Shown here in pieces: positions 1 through 10,719 of a DNA stretch of 64,000 bases. The stretch is taken from NCBI GenBank assembly GCA_951406725.2, contig OX597839.1, forward strand, positions 16,554,001 to 16,618,000. The letters are read 5' to 3'. The translations under genes were made by a program, and so were the position numbers. This DNA comes from Octopus vulgaris. Lineage: Eukaryota. The notes beneath the pieces are model-generated. The model saw only the letters and a list, made by a program, of their open reading frames with translations, was not told the DNA's origin and made no database searches. Numbering within the stretch: position 1 is the stretch's first letter; each line of letters starts with the position of its first letter.

Positions 1-401
1 TCGACGGAAATCTGATCTACGACATGCGAAACTTCGCCGGAGTACTAGATGCACAAAGTAAACAACAATACAAATAACTACGCAGAGACAGCCATGGTTG
101 AAACAAGAACAAGAACAACAAGCGTTATTAAAAGAGAAAAGAAGTGTGGTCATTCCTTACCCAAGTGACTTTATCTTATCGCCCATCACTAGTTATGCGC
201 TCATGTGTGTGACACGATGAAATCACCAGGAGCACCATACTGAGGAATTGTAGTCAAACAAATCGCCCCTAGTCCTTGTTTTTTGAAGTCTCATACTAAA
301 GAAGGACACTCTATACGTTAGAGCAGTAATGTATTTACAAGAAGCTAATTATATGGCCTGTCATAGAATGACCAGTGGTTTCGCACGTAATAAGCTTCCT
401 G

Positions 402-658
402 TGTGGAGGCACATGGCCTAGTGGTTACAGCAGCGGACTCGCGGTCGAGGGATCGCGAGTTCGAATCTCAGATCGGGCGATGTGTGTGTGTTTATGAGCG
501 AAACACCTAAGCTCCACGCGGCTCCGGCAGAAGGTAATGGCGAACTTCTGCTGATTCTTTCGCCACAACTTTCTCTCTCCCGTCCAGGTGGGGAACCTAT
601 ACGCCAAAGAAACCGGGAAACCGGCTCTTATGAGCCAGACACGGCTCGAGAAGGAACA
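402..658 (+). mobile_element. tRNA-derived SINE with TSD
   Basis: A box TGGCCTAGTGG, B box GTTCGAATC; 14-bp TSD TAATAAGCTTCCTG at 388-401 and 659-672; related head at about 3350-3600. Confidence 0.85.
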
Positions 659-876
659 TAATAAGCTTCCTGCAGTAGTAAGGTCACCAAGGTCTTGTCT
701 TGCTGGTGCCACATAAAAAGCATCCAGTACATTTTGTAAAACACACATCTATATATATAGAGAGAGTGTCCATGAATTCCATTCGTAATTTGAAAGATTC
801 AGAAAAAAAAAACATAATCACTCTGCAGGTTGCATGCAGTCAATGGAAATGTTTTGATGTTTCTAATAAAATTTTA

Positions 877-1288
877 GGATCTTTTCGGTTTGAACGGCAG
901 TTTTTTCTAGCGGTGTCATATGAAATTGTCACCCATAATTATGACCCTAGTATCGATCTATTGCATTTCAATCTGGGTTAGGGTTAGGGGTGGGGGAAGG
1001 GTATCTTTTTTTCTTCACAAATGTAAATAAATCCAATCTGGTTCTTAAACGAGGGACATATTCATACGGCGCAGAATTTTTTTACCTCAATGGACGTCAT
1101 TGATTGGTTGAAATTGCAGAAACTGAAGAAAAAAAAGCAATAAATATCTTACAAACTATAGAATTTTTCTCAATAAAGCCACGAGAAAAAGATGTTTTAC
1201 AAACACATTCTACCAGTATATCAAGTCTAAAAGTGTTTAGTTACGTGGAAATAATTTTTAAAAACTGTCGTTCAAACCGAAAAGATCC
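877..1288. mobile_element. MITE with ~29-bp TIRs and 6-bp TSD
   Basis: GGATCTTTTCGGTTTGAACGGCAGTTTTT ... AAAAACTGTCGTTCAAACCGAAAAGATCC; ATTTTA on both sides; internal GGGTTAGGGTTAGGG. Confidence 0.85.
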
Positions 1289-1584
1289 ATTTTATTTCTT
1301 TGCAACAGACTCTACTGAGTTATCCTTTTTTTTTTTCTATGAATTTTCCTAATTGTAAAGGTAACTTATGGTTTCAAATTTTGGCACAAGGCCAGCAATT
1401 TCGAGGGCGGGGATAAGTTGATCCTAGTGCTCAACTGCTAACTAATTCATCGACCGTGAAAGGATGGAAAGTAAGGTCACTCTCACGAGAATTCGAACTC
1501 AGAACGTAAAGACGGATGAGATGTCATTAAAAATTTTGCCAGGCGTGCTAACGATTCTGCCAGCTCACTACCTTAAACTGTAAA

Positions 1585-1970
1585 AGGCGTAGGAGTGGCT
1601 GTGTGGTAAGTAGCTAGCTTACCAACCACATGGTTCCGGGTTCAGTCCCACTGCCTGGTACCTTCGGCAAGTGTCTTCTACTATAGCCTCGGGCCGACCA
1701 AAGCCATGTGAGTGGATTTGGTAGAGAAACTGAAAGAAGCCCGTCGTATATATGTATATATATATGTGTGTGTGTTAGTCCCCGCTAATATCGCTTGACG
1801 ACCGATGCTGGTGTGTTTACGTCCCCGTAACTTAGCGGTTCGGCAAAAGAAACCGACAGAATAAGTACTAGGCTTACGAAGAATAAGTCCTGGGGTCGAT
1901 TTGCTCGACAAAAGCGGTGCTCCAGTATGGCCACAGTCACATGACTGAAACAAGCAAACGAGTAAAAGAG
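1585..1970 (+). mobile_element. Octopus-type tRNA-derived SINE (head GGAGTGGCTGTGTGGTAAG...GGTTCAGTCCC)
   Basis: Pol III A/B boxes and internal microsatellite; other copies at about 2915-3335(-), 15680-15843(-), 22866-23262(+), 24805-25175(+), 26117-26550(+), 49030-49420(-), 55935-56285(+). Confidence 0.85.
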
Positions 1971-2050
1971 AATATCCGGTTTTATACAAGTTTGCCCAAC
2001 CGAAGCAAGCAACATAAAAAAGAAACAGGAATTTAAAAACGACAATGATG

Positions 2051-2093
<43 letters not shown>

Positions 2094-2097
<4 letters not shown>

Positions 2098-2780
2098 CAT
2101 AAGGGACATTAGCCAACCGAATATGGCTAGGGACAGGGCAGGGTGGTGGGGGTGTCACTGTTGCATTTAGCCCCAGGCGAACATCAACGTCACCAGATAG
2201 GCCGACACCATCACGGCGTCCTCTATCTTGCAAAGGGAGATCATTCCCCAAGAAGCGGATGCCACATACGGACCTAGGTTTCAAGGTGTATTGCCTATTA
2301 TCAACGTATGGTAGGCACCGCTTCTCGACGAACAACTCACAGTGCAAGATATATATAAAGATTTTCAAGTAAATACATTTACTGATTTCGAAAATCTGTT
2401 CGACAGCAATAATAATTCTCTAAATGAGATATAGACAGTGACTGCTCCATAACATAAGGGACATTAGCCAACCGAATATGGCTAGGGACAGGGCAGGGTG
2501 GTGGGGGTGTCACTGTTGCATTTAGCCCCAGGCGAACATCAACGTCACCAGATAGGCCGACGCCATCACGGCGTCCTCTTGGGGAATGATCTCCCTTTAC
2601 AAGATAGAGGACGCCGTGATGGCGTCGGCCTATCTGGTGACGTTGATATTCGCCTGGGGCTAAATGCAACAGTGACACCCCCACCACACTGCCCTGTCCC
2701 TAGCCATATTCGGTTGGCTAATGTCCCTTATGTTATGGAGCAGTCACTGTCTATATCTCATTTAGAGAATTATTATTGCT
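2094..2780 (-). mobile_element. Hammerhead-containing tandem/inverted repeat element (retrozyme or Penelope pLTR-like)
   Basis: 355-bp monomer 2094-2448, partial direct copy 2449-2579, inverted copy 2580-2780; (TA)n on both flanks; hammerhead at 2265-2310. Confidence 0.75.
2265..2310 (-). ncRNA. Type I hammerhead ribozyme motif
   Basis: CAUACG-UUGAUAA-uAGGcaauacaCCUu-GAAA-CCUAGG-UC^CGUAUG: 6-bp stem I, core boxes, palindromic stem III, GUC cleavage triplet. Confidence 0.8.
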
Positions 2781-3115
2781 ATATATATATATATAATCAA
2801 AATAAGCAACAAGGATATCCTTGTTGCTTATTTTGATTATAATCACCCCATTTTGAATTATATGGATAATACCATACTAAATTCTGGTGCCTTTAACTTA
2901 AGTACCATATTCTTTTCTTCTTTTAGTTGTTCCAGTCATTTGACTGCACCCATGCTGGAGCACCGCCTTTAGTCGAACAAATCGACCCCAGGCCTTATTC
3001 TTGTAAACCAAGTATCTATTCTATCCATCTCTTTTGCCGAACCGCCAAGTTGTGGGGACGTAAACACACCAGCATCGGTTGCCAAGCGAGGGTGGCGGGC
3101 GTGTGTGACAAACAC

Positions 3116-3172
<57 letters not shown>

Positions 3173-4849
3173 TACATACGACAAGCTGCTATCAGTTTCC
3201 GTCTACCAAATTCACTCACAAGGCTTTAATCGGCCCGAGGCTATAGTAGAAGACACTTGCCCAAGGTACCATGTGGTAGGACTGAGCCCGGAACCATGTG
3301 GTTGGGAAGCAAGCTACTTACCACACAGCCACTCTTGTTCCTCCTGTGTGTAGAGGCGCAATGGCCTGGTGGTTAGGGAAGCGGACTCGCGGTTTCGATT
3401 CCCAGACCAGGCGTTGTGAGCGTTTATTGAGCGAAAACACCTAAAGCTCCACGAGGCTCCGGCAGGGGGGGGGGCGATCCCTGCTGTGCTCTTTCTCACT
3501 CTTTCTTCTGTTGCTTAGCCAGCGGGGTGGCGTCATTTGAAGGCTAAAACAATACGAAGCGCATTGTGACCAGCGATGTGTAGCAACATTTGATAGCCTG
3601 GTGTGTGTGTGTATATAAATACACACACACACCTATTATGAATAATTCAAACAATTAATAGACCAATGGTAATGTCTAGTTTTTTTTAAAAATGTCGGAT
3701 TTCCTCCTCAAGGAAATCATTTAGAAAAAGGTCATGACGTTATAGTGACGCAGATGACTACGACAACAATAACCACCACCATGATAATGATGATGATGAT
3801 GATGATGATGACGACGTTGAAGTTGACAGACATTGTTACTGTACGTAGTCACAATTACATGCTTCAGTGACTATTAAATGTGTCATCTCATCATGTGTGT
3901 GTGTGAGTGTGCATGCGCGCACGCGGTTAAGTACTTCCCATCGACTAAACTGCAACTAGTCTTAATGGCACCATCATCAGCATTGCCATCATCGTCAGTC
4001 ATTGCCATCAGCAGCAGCTCAACCGCATCACCACCGCCACCTTCCTTACCACATCACCACCTCCAGCCGCAGCAGCAGTAGTAGTAGTAGCAGCATCACC
4101 TCCACCATTACCACCACTACTGGCTCTGGGTCTTTTATGTTTGGCTGCCACTTCTCAATTTCTTCAATTTTTGTTCCAACTGCTTTTATATTTGGTGTAC
4201 TGGTGTAGTTTTGTAAGGTAACCATTGTTATGAAATTCATTTCCCCCATAAATCAATAAATAGAAAGTTAATAGCTTTTAAAGTCTGCAAATGCTCGGAA
4301 ATTTTAGCCAATCGAAAGCCATAGACGTATAGGTGTCTGTTTCTATAGTAACAAGCCAAGCTATTACCTGTTTCTATAGTAACAAGCCAAGCTATTACCA
4401 AGCTGCTTACGCGGTCATTTTTTTTTTCTTGTTAAATGGTAATAGTAAGATGCGCTAAATATACTAGCTAAAGAGCCCTTAAATCACGCGTCAATTTTTT
4501 CCCCATAATTGTATGAATACCTATGTGTAGAATACAAATTCAGAAACATTTCCTGAAAATTCACCCAAAATTAAAGTAGATATGAGGGGTATATGGCGTA
4601 TGGGTACTTTTTTGATTCTCTCATCCCCATTAAAAAATTGGTTTATCTTCCCCAACAGAAAAAATTGTTTAACACTCAATAAAACAAAAAAAAAAACGAA
4701 AAAATTAATAAACATGAAAAATGAAAAGATTAAACATCTTACAGTTTTATATTTAAGAGATGATGAGGAATTATGTACATTATTTACATTCGACGGCTAT
4801 TTGTCCTCATCTTGGTTTGTTGTTAACACAACGTTTTGGTTGATATACC

Positions 4850-5445
4850 TATTTCTTTATTACCCACAAGGGGCTAAACATAGAGGGGACAAACAAGGAC
4901 AGACAAACGGATTAAGTCGATTACATCGACCCCAGTGCGTAACTGGTACTTAATTTATCGACCCCGAAAGGATGAAAGGTAAAGTCGACCTCGGCGGAAT
5001 TTGAACTCAGAACGTAGCGGTAGACGAAATACCTATTTCTTTATTACCCACAAGGGCCTAAACACAAAGGGGACAAACAAGGACAGACACACGGATTAGG
5101 TCGATTACATCGACCCCAGTGCGTAACTGGTACTTAATTTATCGACCCCGAAAGGTTGAAAGGTAAAGTCGACCTCGGCGGAACTCAAAACGTAACGACA
5201 GACGAAATACCTATTTCTTTATTACCCACAAGGGCCTAAACACAAAGGGGACAAACAAGGACAGACAAACGAATTAAGTCGATTACATCGACCCCAGTGC
5301 GTAACTGGTACTTAATTTATCGACCCCGAAAGGATGAAAGGCAAAGTCGACCTCGGCGGAATTTGAACTCACAACGTAACGGCAGACGAAATACGGCTAC
5401 GCATTTCGCCCGGCGTGCTATCGTTTCTGCCAGCTCGCCGCCTTT
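4850..5445 (-). mobile_element. MetaSINE-like element as a head-to-tail trimer
   Basis: Three ~180-bp units containing GCCTTTCATCCTTTCGGGGTCGATAAATTAAGTACC; one tRNA-like head; 17-bp TSD GTTTTGGTTGATATACC at 4833-4849 and 5446-5462. Confidence 0.88.
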
Positions 5446-6118
5446 GTTTTGGTTGATATACCCTCCAGCCTTCTTCAGGGGTCTTGGGGGAAATTTCGAA
5501 CCTGGGTTCGAAATTAAGCAGCTTATTGAACCTAATAACATTTCTATAACAGCTCCTATCATGCCTATTGAGGAAGCCAAAAGTCAACAATCTGATAAAG
5601 TATTGAATCAAAAGGATCTAACCCTTTTAATCCAATTTTTTGTCGCCACATAAACTCAACTTTTTAGTGGGGAGATAACCCAATTTTTTAATGGGGGTAA
5701 AATAACCAAAGAATTAGCCCTGAGTTTCAGCGTGGAAAATTATATCACTGCACCAAATTTTAAAATTTTCACTAAACTTTTAAAATTTCCAGAGGCGCAG
5801 CCTAATAGACGCGATCTCTAGATATTTATAAACATCAATTGTCCTTCACAGCTGCATTGACCTCAACTCATACGTGAGTACACGCATGTCTTCAAAAGTC
5901 TTTGCTGTTAACAAGCAATACATATATATGTACATGTATGTAGATGTATACGTGTGAGCGCGCGCCCACATCATATTGTATCCTGTCTAGCTACACTGCA
6001 GCAGTCAAACAGGTTAGTGATTAAGTGATTTGCAAGTTAAATCCATCTACAACAAACAAGCAGGCTGTCTGTCGGCCTCTGATGGGAACATAGAATGACA
6101 CCATTATATTATTCTATA

Positions 6119-6582
6119 AGGTGGCGAGCTGGCAGAAACGTTAGCACGCCGAGCGAAATGCGTAGCCGTATTTCGTCTGCCGTTACATTCTGAGTTCAAA
6201 TTCCGCCGAGGTCGACTTTGCCTTTCATCCTTTCGGGGTCGATTAAATAAGTACCAGTTACGCACTGGAGTCGAAGTAATCGACTTAATCTGTTTGTCTG
6301 TCCTCTCTGTGTTTAGCCCCTTGTGGATAGTAAAGAAAAAGGTATTTCGTCTGGTCTGTGTTTACGTTCTGAGTTCAAATTCCGCCGAGGTCGACTTTGC
6401 CTTTCATCCTTTTGGGGTTGATAAATTAAGTACCAGTTACGCACTGTGGTCGATATAATCGACTTAATCCGTTTGTCTGTCCTCTCTGTGTTTAGCCCCT
6501 TGTGGGTAGTAAAGAAAAAGGTATTTCGTCTGGTCTGTGTTTACGTTCTGAGTTCAAATTCCGCCGAGGTCGACTTTGCCTT
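6119..6582 (+). mobile_element. MetaSINE-like element with tandem internal duplication
   Basis: Same family as 4850-5445, about 2.3 units; other copies near 1375-1573(-), 8600-8950(-), 45445-45673(-), 55335-55555(-), 57585-57780(+), 60540-60725(+). Confidence 0.85.
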
Positions 6583-6686
6583 TACGGAGTGGCACTTGCA
6601 AGTTCACCAAATAACTCACAAGACCTTTCAAATGAGGAAGTAGTATCAAGGGAAGTGGCTCTATGCCAGACATTGAAAGGTTAGAG

Positions 6687-6998
6687 CAAGGGTTCTCAAT
6701 CATTTTTTTTATCTACGGACCCCTTTGATTACTATTCTACTCTGGTGGACCCCATAACTATTTGGTGTTTACAACTAGTTTTATAGAAACTTCTTTCAAA
6801 TTTCCTAGTTCGTTTTTCACACATCAGCTTGTGTAGGTTGAGCTATGGAAAATGTTAGAAAAAGAAACCAAGCTGGTTCTTGCAATACATAAATCTAAAA
6901 CTAAATTTTTTTCAGGGGCCCTTCAAATACTATTGTGGATCCCCCAAAATCTTATATGAACCCTCAAAGGCTACATGGGCCCTGGCTGGGAACCACTA
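6687..6998. mobile_element. hAT-type MITE
   Basis: Imperfect CAAGGGTTCTCAA / CTGGGAACCACTA termini; near-identical 8-bp TSD GGTTAGAG / GATTAGAG. Confidence 0.65.
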
Positions 6999-7802
6999 GA
7001 TTAGAGTATGATGGAAGGACAAGAACAAGTGTCTTGCTGTAGGGAGACACATGCTTAACCCCAGCCGGAGAGGAAAAAGGGTAGCACTGAAGATGCTACA
7101 AAGGTAACCAGGGTCTTTTACATAAACACAAGGGTTAGCTTCAGGTGCTATCCCTACGAAGGGCATTAACCTTCTCCTACAGAAAATAACATCTGAGTCT
7201 TAATGGTTCTTGTGCAGTTGGCTTGTACACTGGGCAGTAAGGAACAGCCAACCATCCCAGTTCTGGGCATAGTTTCCTGCATCTTCCCAGATAATGCTAA
7301 GTTACTTTAGATCTTCTTTGAAGGTGGTATACGATGTCTTGCAGCTCCCTTTTTTCCTTCATCCCTCTGGTGGCACCCATTGTACAGGGAGTCCACAAAG
7401 TCTGGGTACATGGGGATTAACACATACTTTAAGAAATTATTATTCAAACTTTGTGGACACCCTGTATATCTGTCTTAGGTATGTCTTTAAGGCAGCTGGC
7501 AAACATGACCTGCAAGTCTCACTCTGTTATCCACCACAATATACTGCAGGCTCAGATTGGCTTTTTTCAGGGCTTCAGCGTTTGGGATTCTGTCCCTGTA
7601 GGGGATCTTGAGTATTTTGTGTAGACACTATTGGTGGAATACAATTAATATCTGAGTAATCTAGCAGTGCAATGCCTCTAGTACAGCAGGATCTTCTTAC
7701 GAATCTCCAGACAGAGATAGCTAATTACTATTGCTAGTCCCAAGCCCAGATGCAAAAGGAGGGTGATTGGCAAGCTAGCAACCTGTTGCCAGAATTGTTT
7801 AA

Positions 7803-8023
7803 CCCTTTCGTTACCAACCTGGCTGAAACCGGCTCTGGCTCTGTAGTACAAATGTCTTGTTTTCATAAGTTTTGAATTAAAATCTTCCACCAAGCCTTAG
7901 TCACAATTTATGTTCCTAACACTAGCTTAATGATAACCAAGTTATTTTACTAAATTCTTTGTTATATTTAAAGTAATTGAAAGAAACACAGAGCTTCTCA
8001 AAATAAATACAGTAACGAAAGGG
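7803..8023. mobile_element. TTAA-targeting (piggyBac-like) MITE
   Basis: TTAA|CCCTTTCGTTAC ... GTAACGAAAGGG|TTAA. Confidence 0.85.
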
Positions 8024-9924
8024 TTAAGAAAACACTGTTAGGCATAATTACAACTGCTACGGAAACGAAAAGAAAAACTGTCGACAACACTTGACATGAG
8101 GAGTAAGACTCAGCCTGAGTTATAAAAGGAGTGAGACAAAGCAGAGATGTTACTTGGCCCCTGATGAAAAGTTTGATACTGAGTGCCAACAAAACAACAT
8201 GGTTATCAACAATAAAGGAAAATAAAATAAATTAACAAAACAGAATGTTAAGAAATAAAATATTTTAATGAGCAATAATTTGTTTCTTCATTTTACAAAC
8301 AGTTTTTATTAAAACATGTTTCAAGTTTTGGTTTACTTTGTTTTTTTTTTCTTTTTAGTTTTTATGTTCCAGTCTCTCTTTAACCTTCATCATCTAATTA
8401 TACTCAATCATTACAAGAGAAGGTTGGTTGGTTGTTTTTTTTTTCATTTTTCTTGTTTTATTTATTTATATTTTTTTTTGGAATCATCTAAAAAAATGTC
8501 ACAGCAACAGTTTGATCTGATTTGGGGTATTTGGTGGTATGTTAGTTTTATTTTAATTTTTACTTTTTGTTGCTTTTCAATAATAATAATAATAATAATA
8601 ATCCTTTCTACTAAAGGCACAAGGCCTGAAATCTTGGAGAAGGGGGTACTTATTTCATCAACCCTAGAAGGAGGAAAGGTAAAGTTGACCTTGGTGGAAT
8701 TTGAACTGAGAACGCAGCTACAGGTGAAATACTGCTAAGCATTTTGCCTGGTGTGCTAACGATTCTGCCAGCTCACAAAAATAATAATAATAATAATAAT
8801 AATTTCTTTTTCATTTTGGCACAAGGCCAGCAATTTAAGGGCAAGGGGGTTAAGTTATTACATTGATCCCCTAGTACTCAACTGATACTTTATTTTATCA
8901 TCCCCAAAAGGCCGAAAGGCACAGCTTTGCTCGGCGGGATTTGAACTCAAGAATAAAAGTGATAACAAACACACACACACACACACACAGAGTAAGCTTG
9001 ACACACATGCGACATTATACATCATCATGACCACGCAAACACGAATTCACACATATAATAGTCATTCAGTCATTCAAGCACCTTTTGTATATAGGCTATA
9101 GATTCTTTTGTGCCTATGATTCATAGGACCATAGACTTACACAACAACAAATTCACACAGAAAAGCCTGGAAGTACCACAGATTTTCAAAAAAACATAAA
9201 ACAAACTGACTCAAAGCCACCAAATCCCATTGCTTATTTGTGTAGAACATTTACTAAAACAGCAGAGATTTCTCAATTTGGGATTTTTTGGAATGAACAT
9301 CTTCACACAATCACAAGGGTGTTTCTGGCATACATATACATACACATAATGATTAACCATTTTAATACCAGCCTGCCCTTGGTTCTGTGATACCAGCTAC
9401 TGTATCAAAGTGATTCAACTGTCAGGCGATGGCAGGGCTGACTTATCAGCTGAAAAGTTGAATAACAAAGAAGACGACCAGGTCTATCCATTGGCCTGAT
9501 AAAACAAGCCTCGAGATTAGCTGGCTGGTCTTTGCACCAACCAATCAGATTGCTTCTTGCACATCTGGGCCTTTCAATGGCAGCTTCCATGATAGTTTGC
9601 TGTGTTCTGTGATTTTACATTGAGTTTTTTGTGTTCCAAGTGAGCATCGTGAAATTTCACCAGGTCCAAGAGTAACACTAATGAAAATATCGAGAGTCTA
9701 AGTTCACCCAGCCTAGCAGTGAATCTGACATCAAAACTGGTGAAAACAACCAGGAAAGTAAGGGAGAAGATCAAAATGACGATGGTGATGATAATGTTGT
9801 GAACATTTAGTTTAGGATTAGGGATACTGAACTAGACAGAGACGACTCCTATAAATTCTTTAAAAAAATATAGGGCCTAGAAATATACTACAAGGCATAA
9901 GTACCCCAGTGAAATACTTTATGA

Positions 9925-10414
9925 CAGCGTTTCTCAACCGGGGGTCCCCCAGAACCCCCGAGTTTCGCAAGAAAGGGTGAGATAAGCTAATGCTAATTTC
10001 ATGATTGTAATATTACTGTACATGCACAACATATTATTGGCTATTGTAATATAGACATCATCCTATATTGTAATATAGACATCATCCTATATTACACCAA
10101 TGAATACATGCAGGTCTACCATTTGCGAGAAAGTGAGCAAGACATCTGCTGGATTGAAAGTACACATGCAGTGTCACAAGGCTTAGGAATTGTTGAAGGC
10201 TATTTACTGAACCCTCATTCATCGTCTTCGATGAGAGAATCCACCATATATATATATGATATGTGTATATATATATATACAGCTTCCTGATGATTTCTCT
10301 TGAATGAAACAGTTCTAGTCCTGTAGAAGCTCCTTCTATATAATAAATTAATTTTACTCTGCTATGTATTGAGTACCTTATTTACTGTGGTTAACCCCGA
10401 ATCAACCCGGGACC

Positions 10415-10458
<44 letters not shown>

Positions 10459-10588
10459 ATGTACAACATGAACTATAATGAAAAAATATGAGAAAGATAT
10501 GGTATATAATTTTTTTTGTGCAGGGGTTTCTTGAGACATGTAATTTATTTTAAGGATTACAAAAGGGTAAAAAGGTTGAGAAACACTG
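9925..10588. mobile_element. hAT-type MITE hosting a nested hammerhead-bearing repeat
   Basis: TIRs CAGCGTTTCTCAACC / GGTTGAGAAACACTG; perfect 8-bp TSD CTTTATGA at 9917-9924 and 10589-10596. Confidence 0.88.
10281..10331 (+). ncRNA. Type I hammerhead ribozyme motif
   Basis: AGCUUC-CUGAUGA-uUUCucuuGAAu-GAAA-CAGuucuagucCUG-UA^GAAGCU: perfect 6-bp stem I, canonical core, GUA triplet, AATAAA shortly downstream. Confidence 0.8.
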
Positions 10589-10719
10589 CTTTATGATGTT
10601 TTTCACTTGGAACTCATTCAAATGTTTGTCAGAGGGACCAATAAGTATGCTGCCGACTTTCTCAGGAACACTCAGCGCAAGAGGAGGTCCCTCGGTCACA
10701 AATGGTTCCGTCTTCAAGG

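Noticed and set aside
1-60. GAAA-CUUCgccGGAG-UA resembling the 3' half of a hammerhead
   Set aside because: No CUGANGA box or stem I partner inside the window; cannot be evaluated at the edge
406-480. tRNA-like sequences with A and B boxes (also 1585, 6119, 52750)
   Set aside because: These are SINE heads continuing into SINE bodies; no complete cloverleaf with an acceptor stem
976-990. Telomere or interstitial telomeric array
   Set aside because: Only about two TTAGGG units, internal to a MITE
3950-4130. Poly-Ser/His/Gln low-complexity coding exon
   Set aside because: Mixed trinucleotide repeats (CAT/CAC/CAG/TAG) without supporting splice partners or recognisable domains
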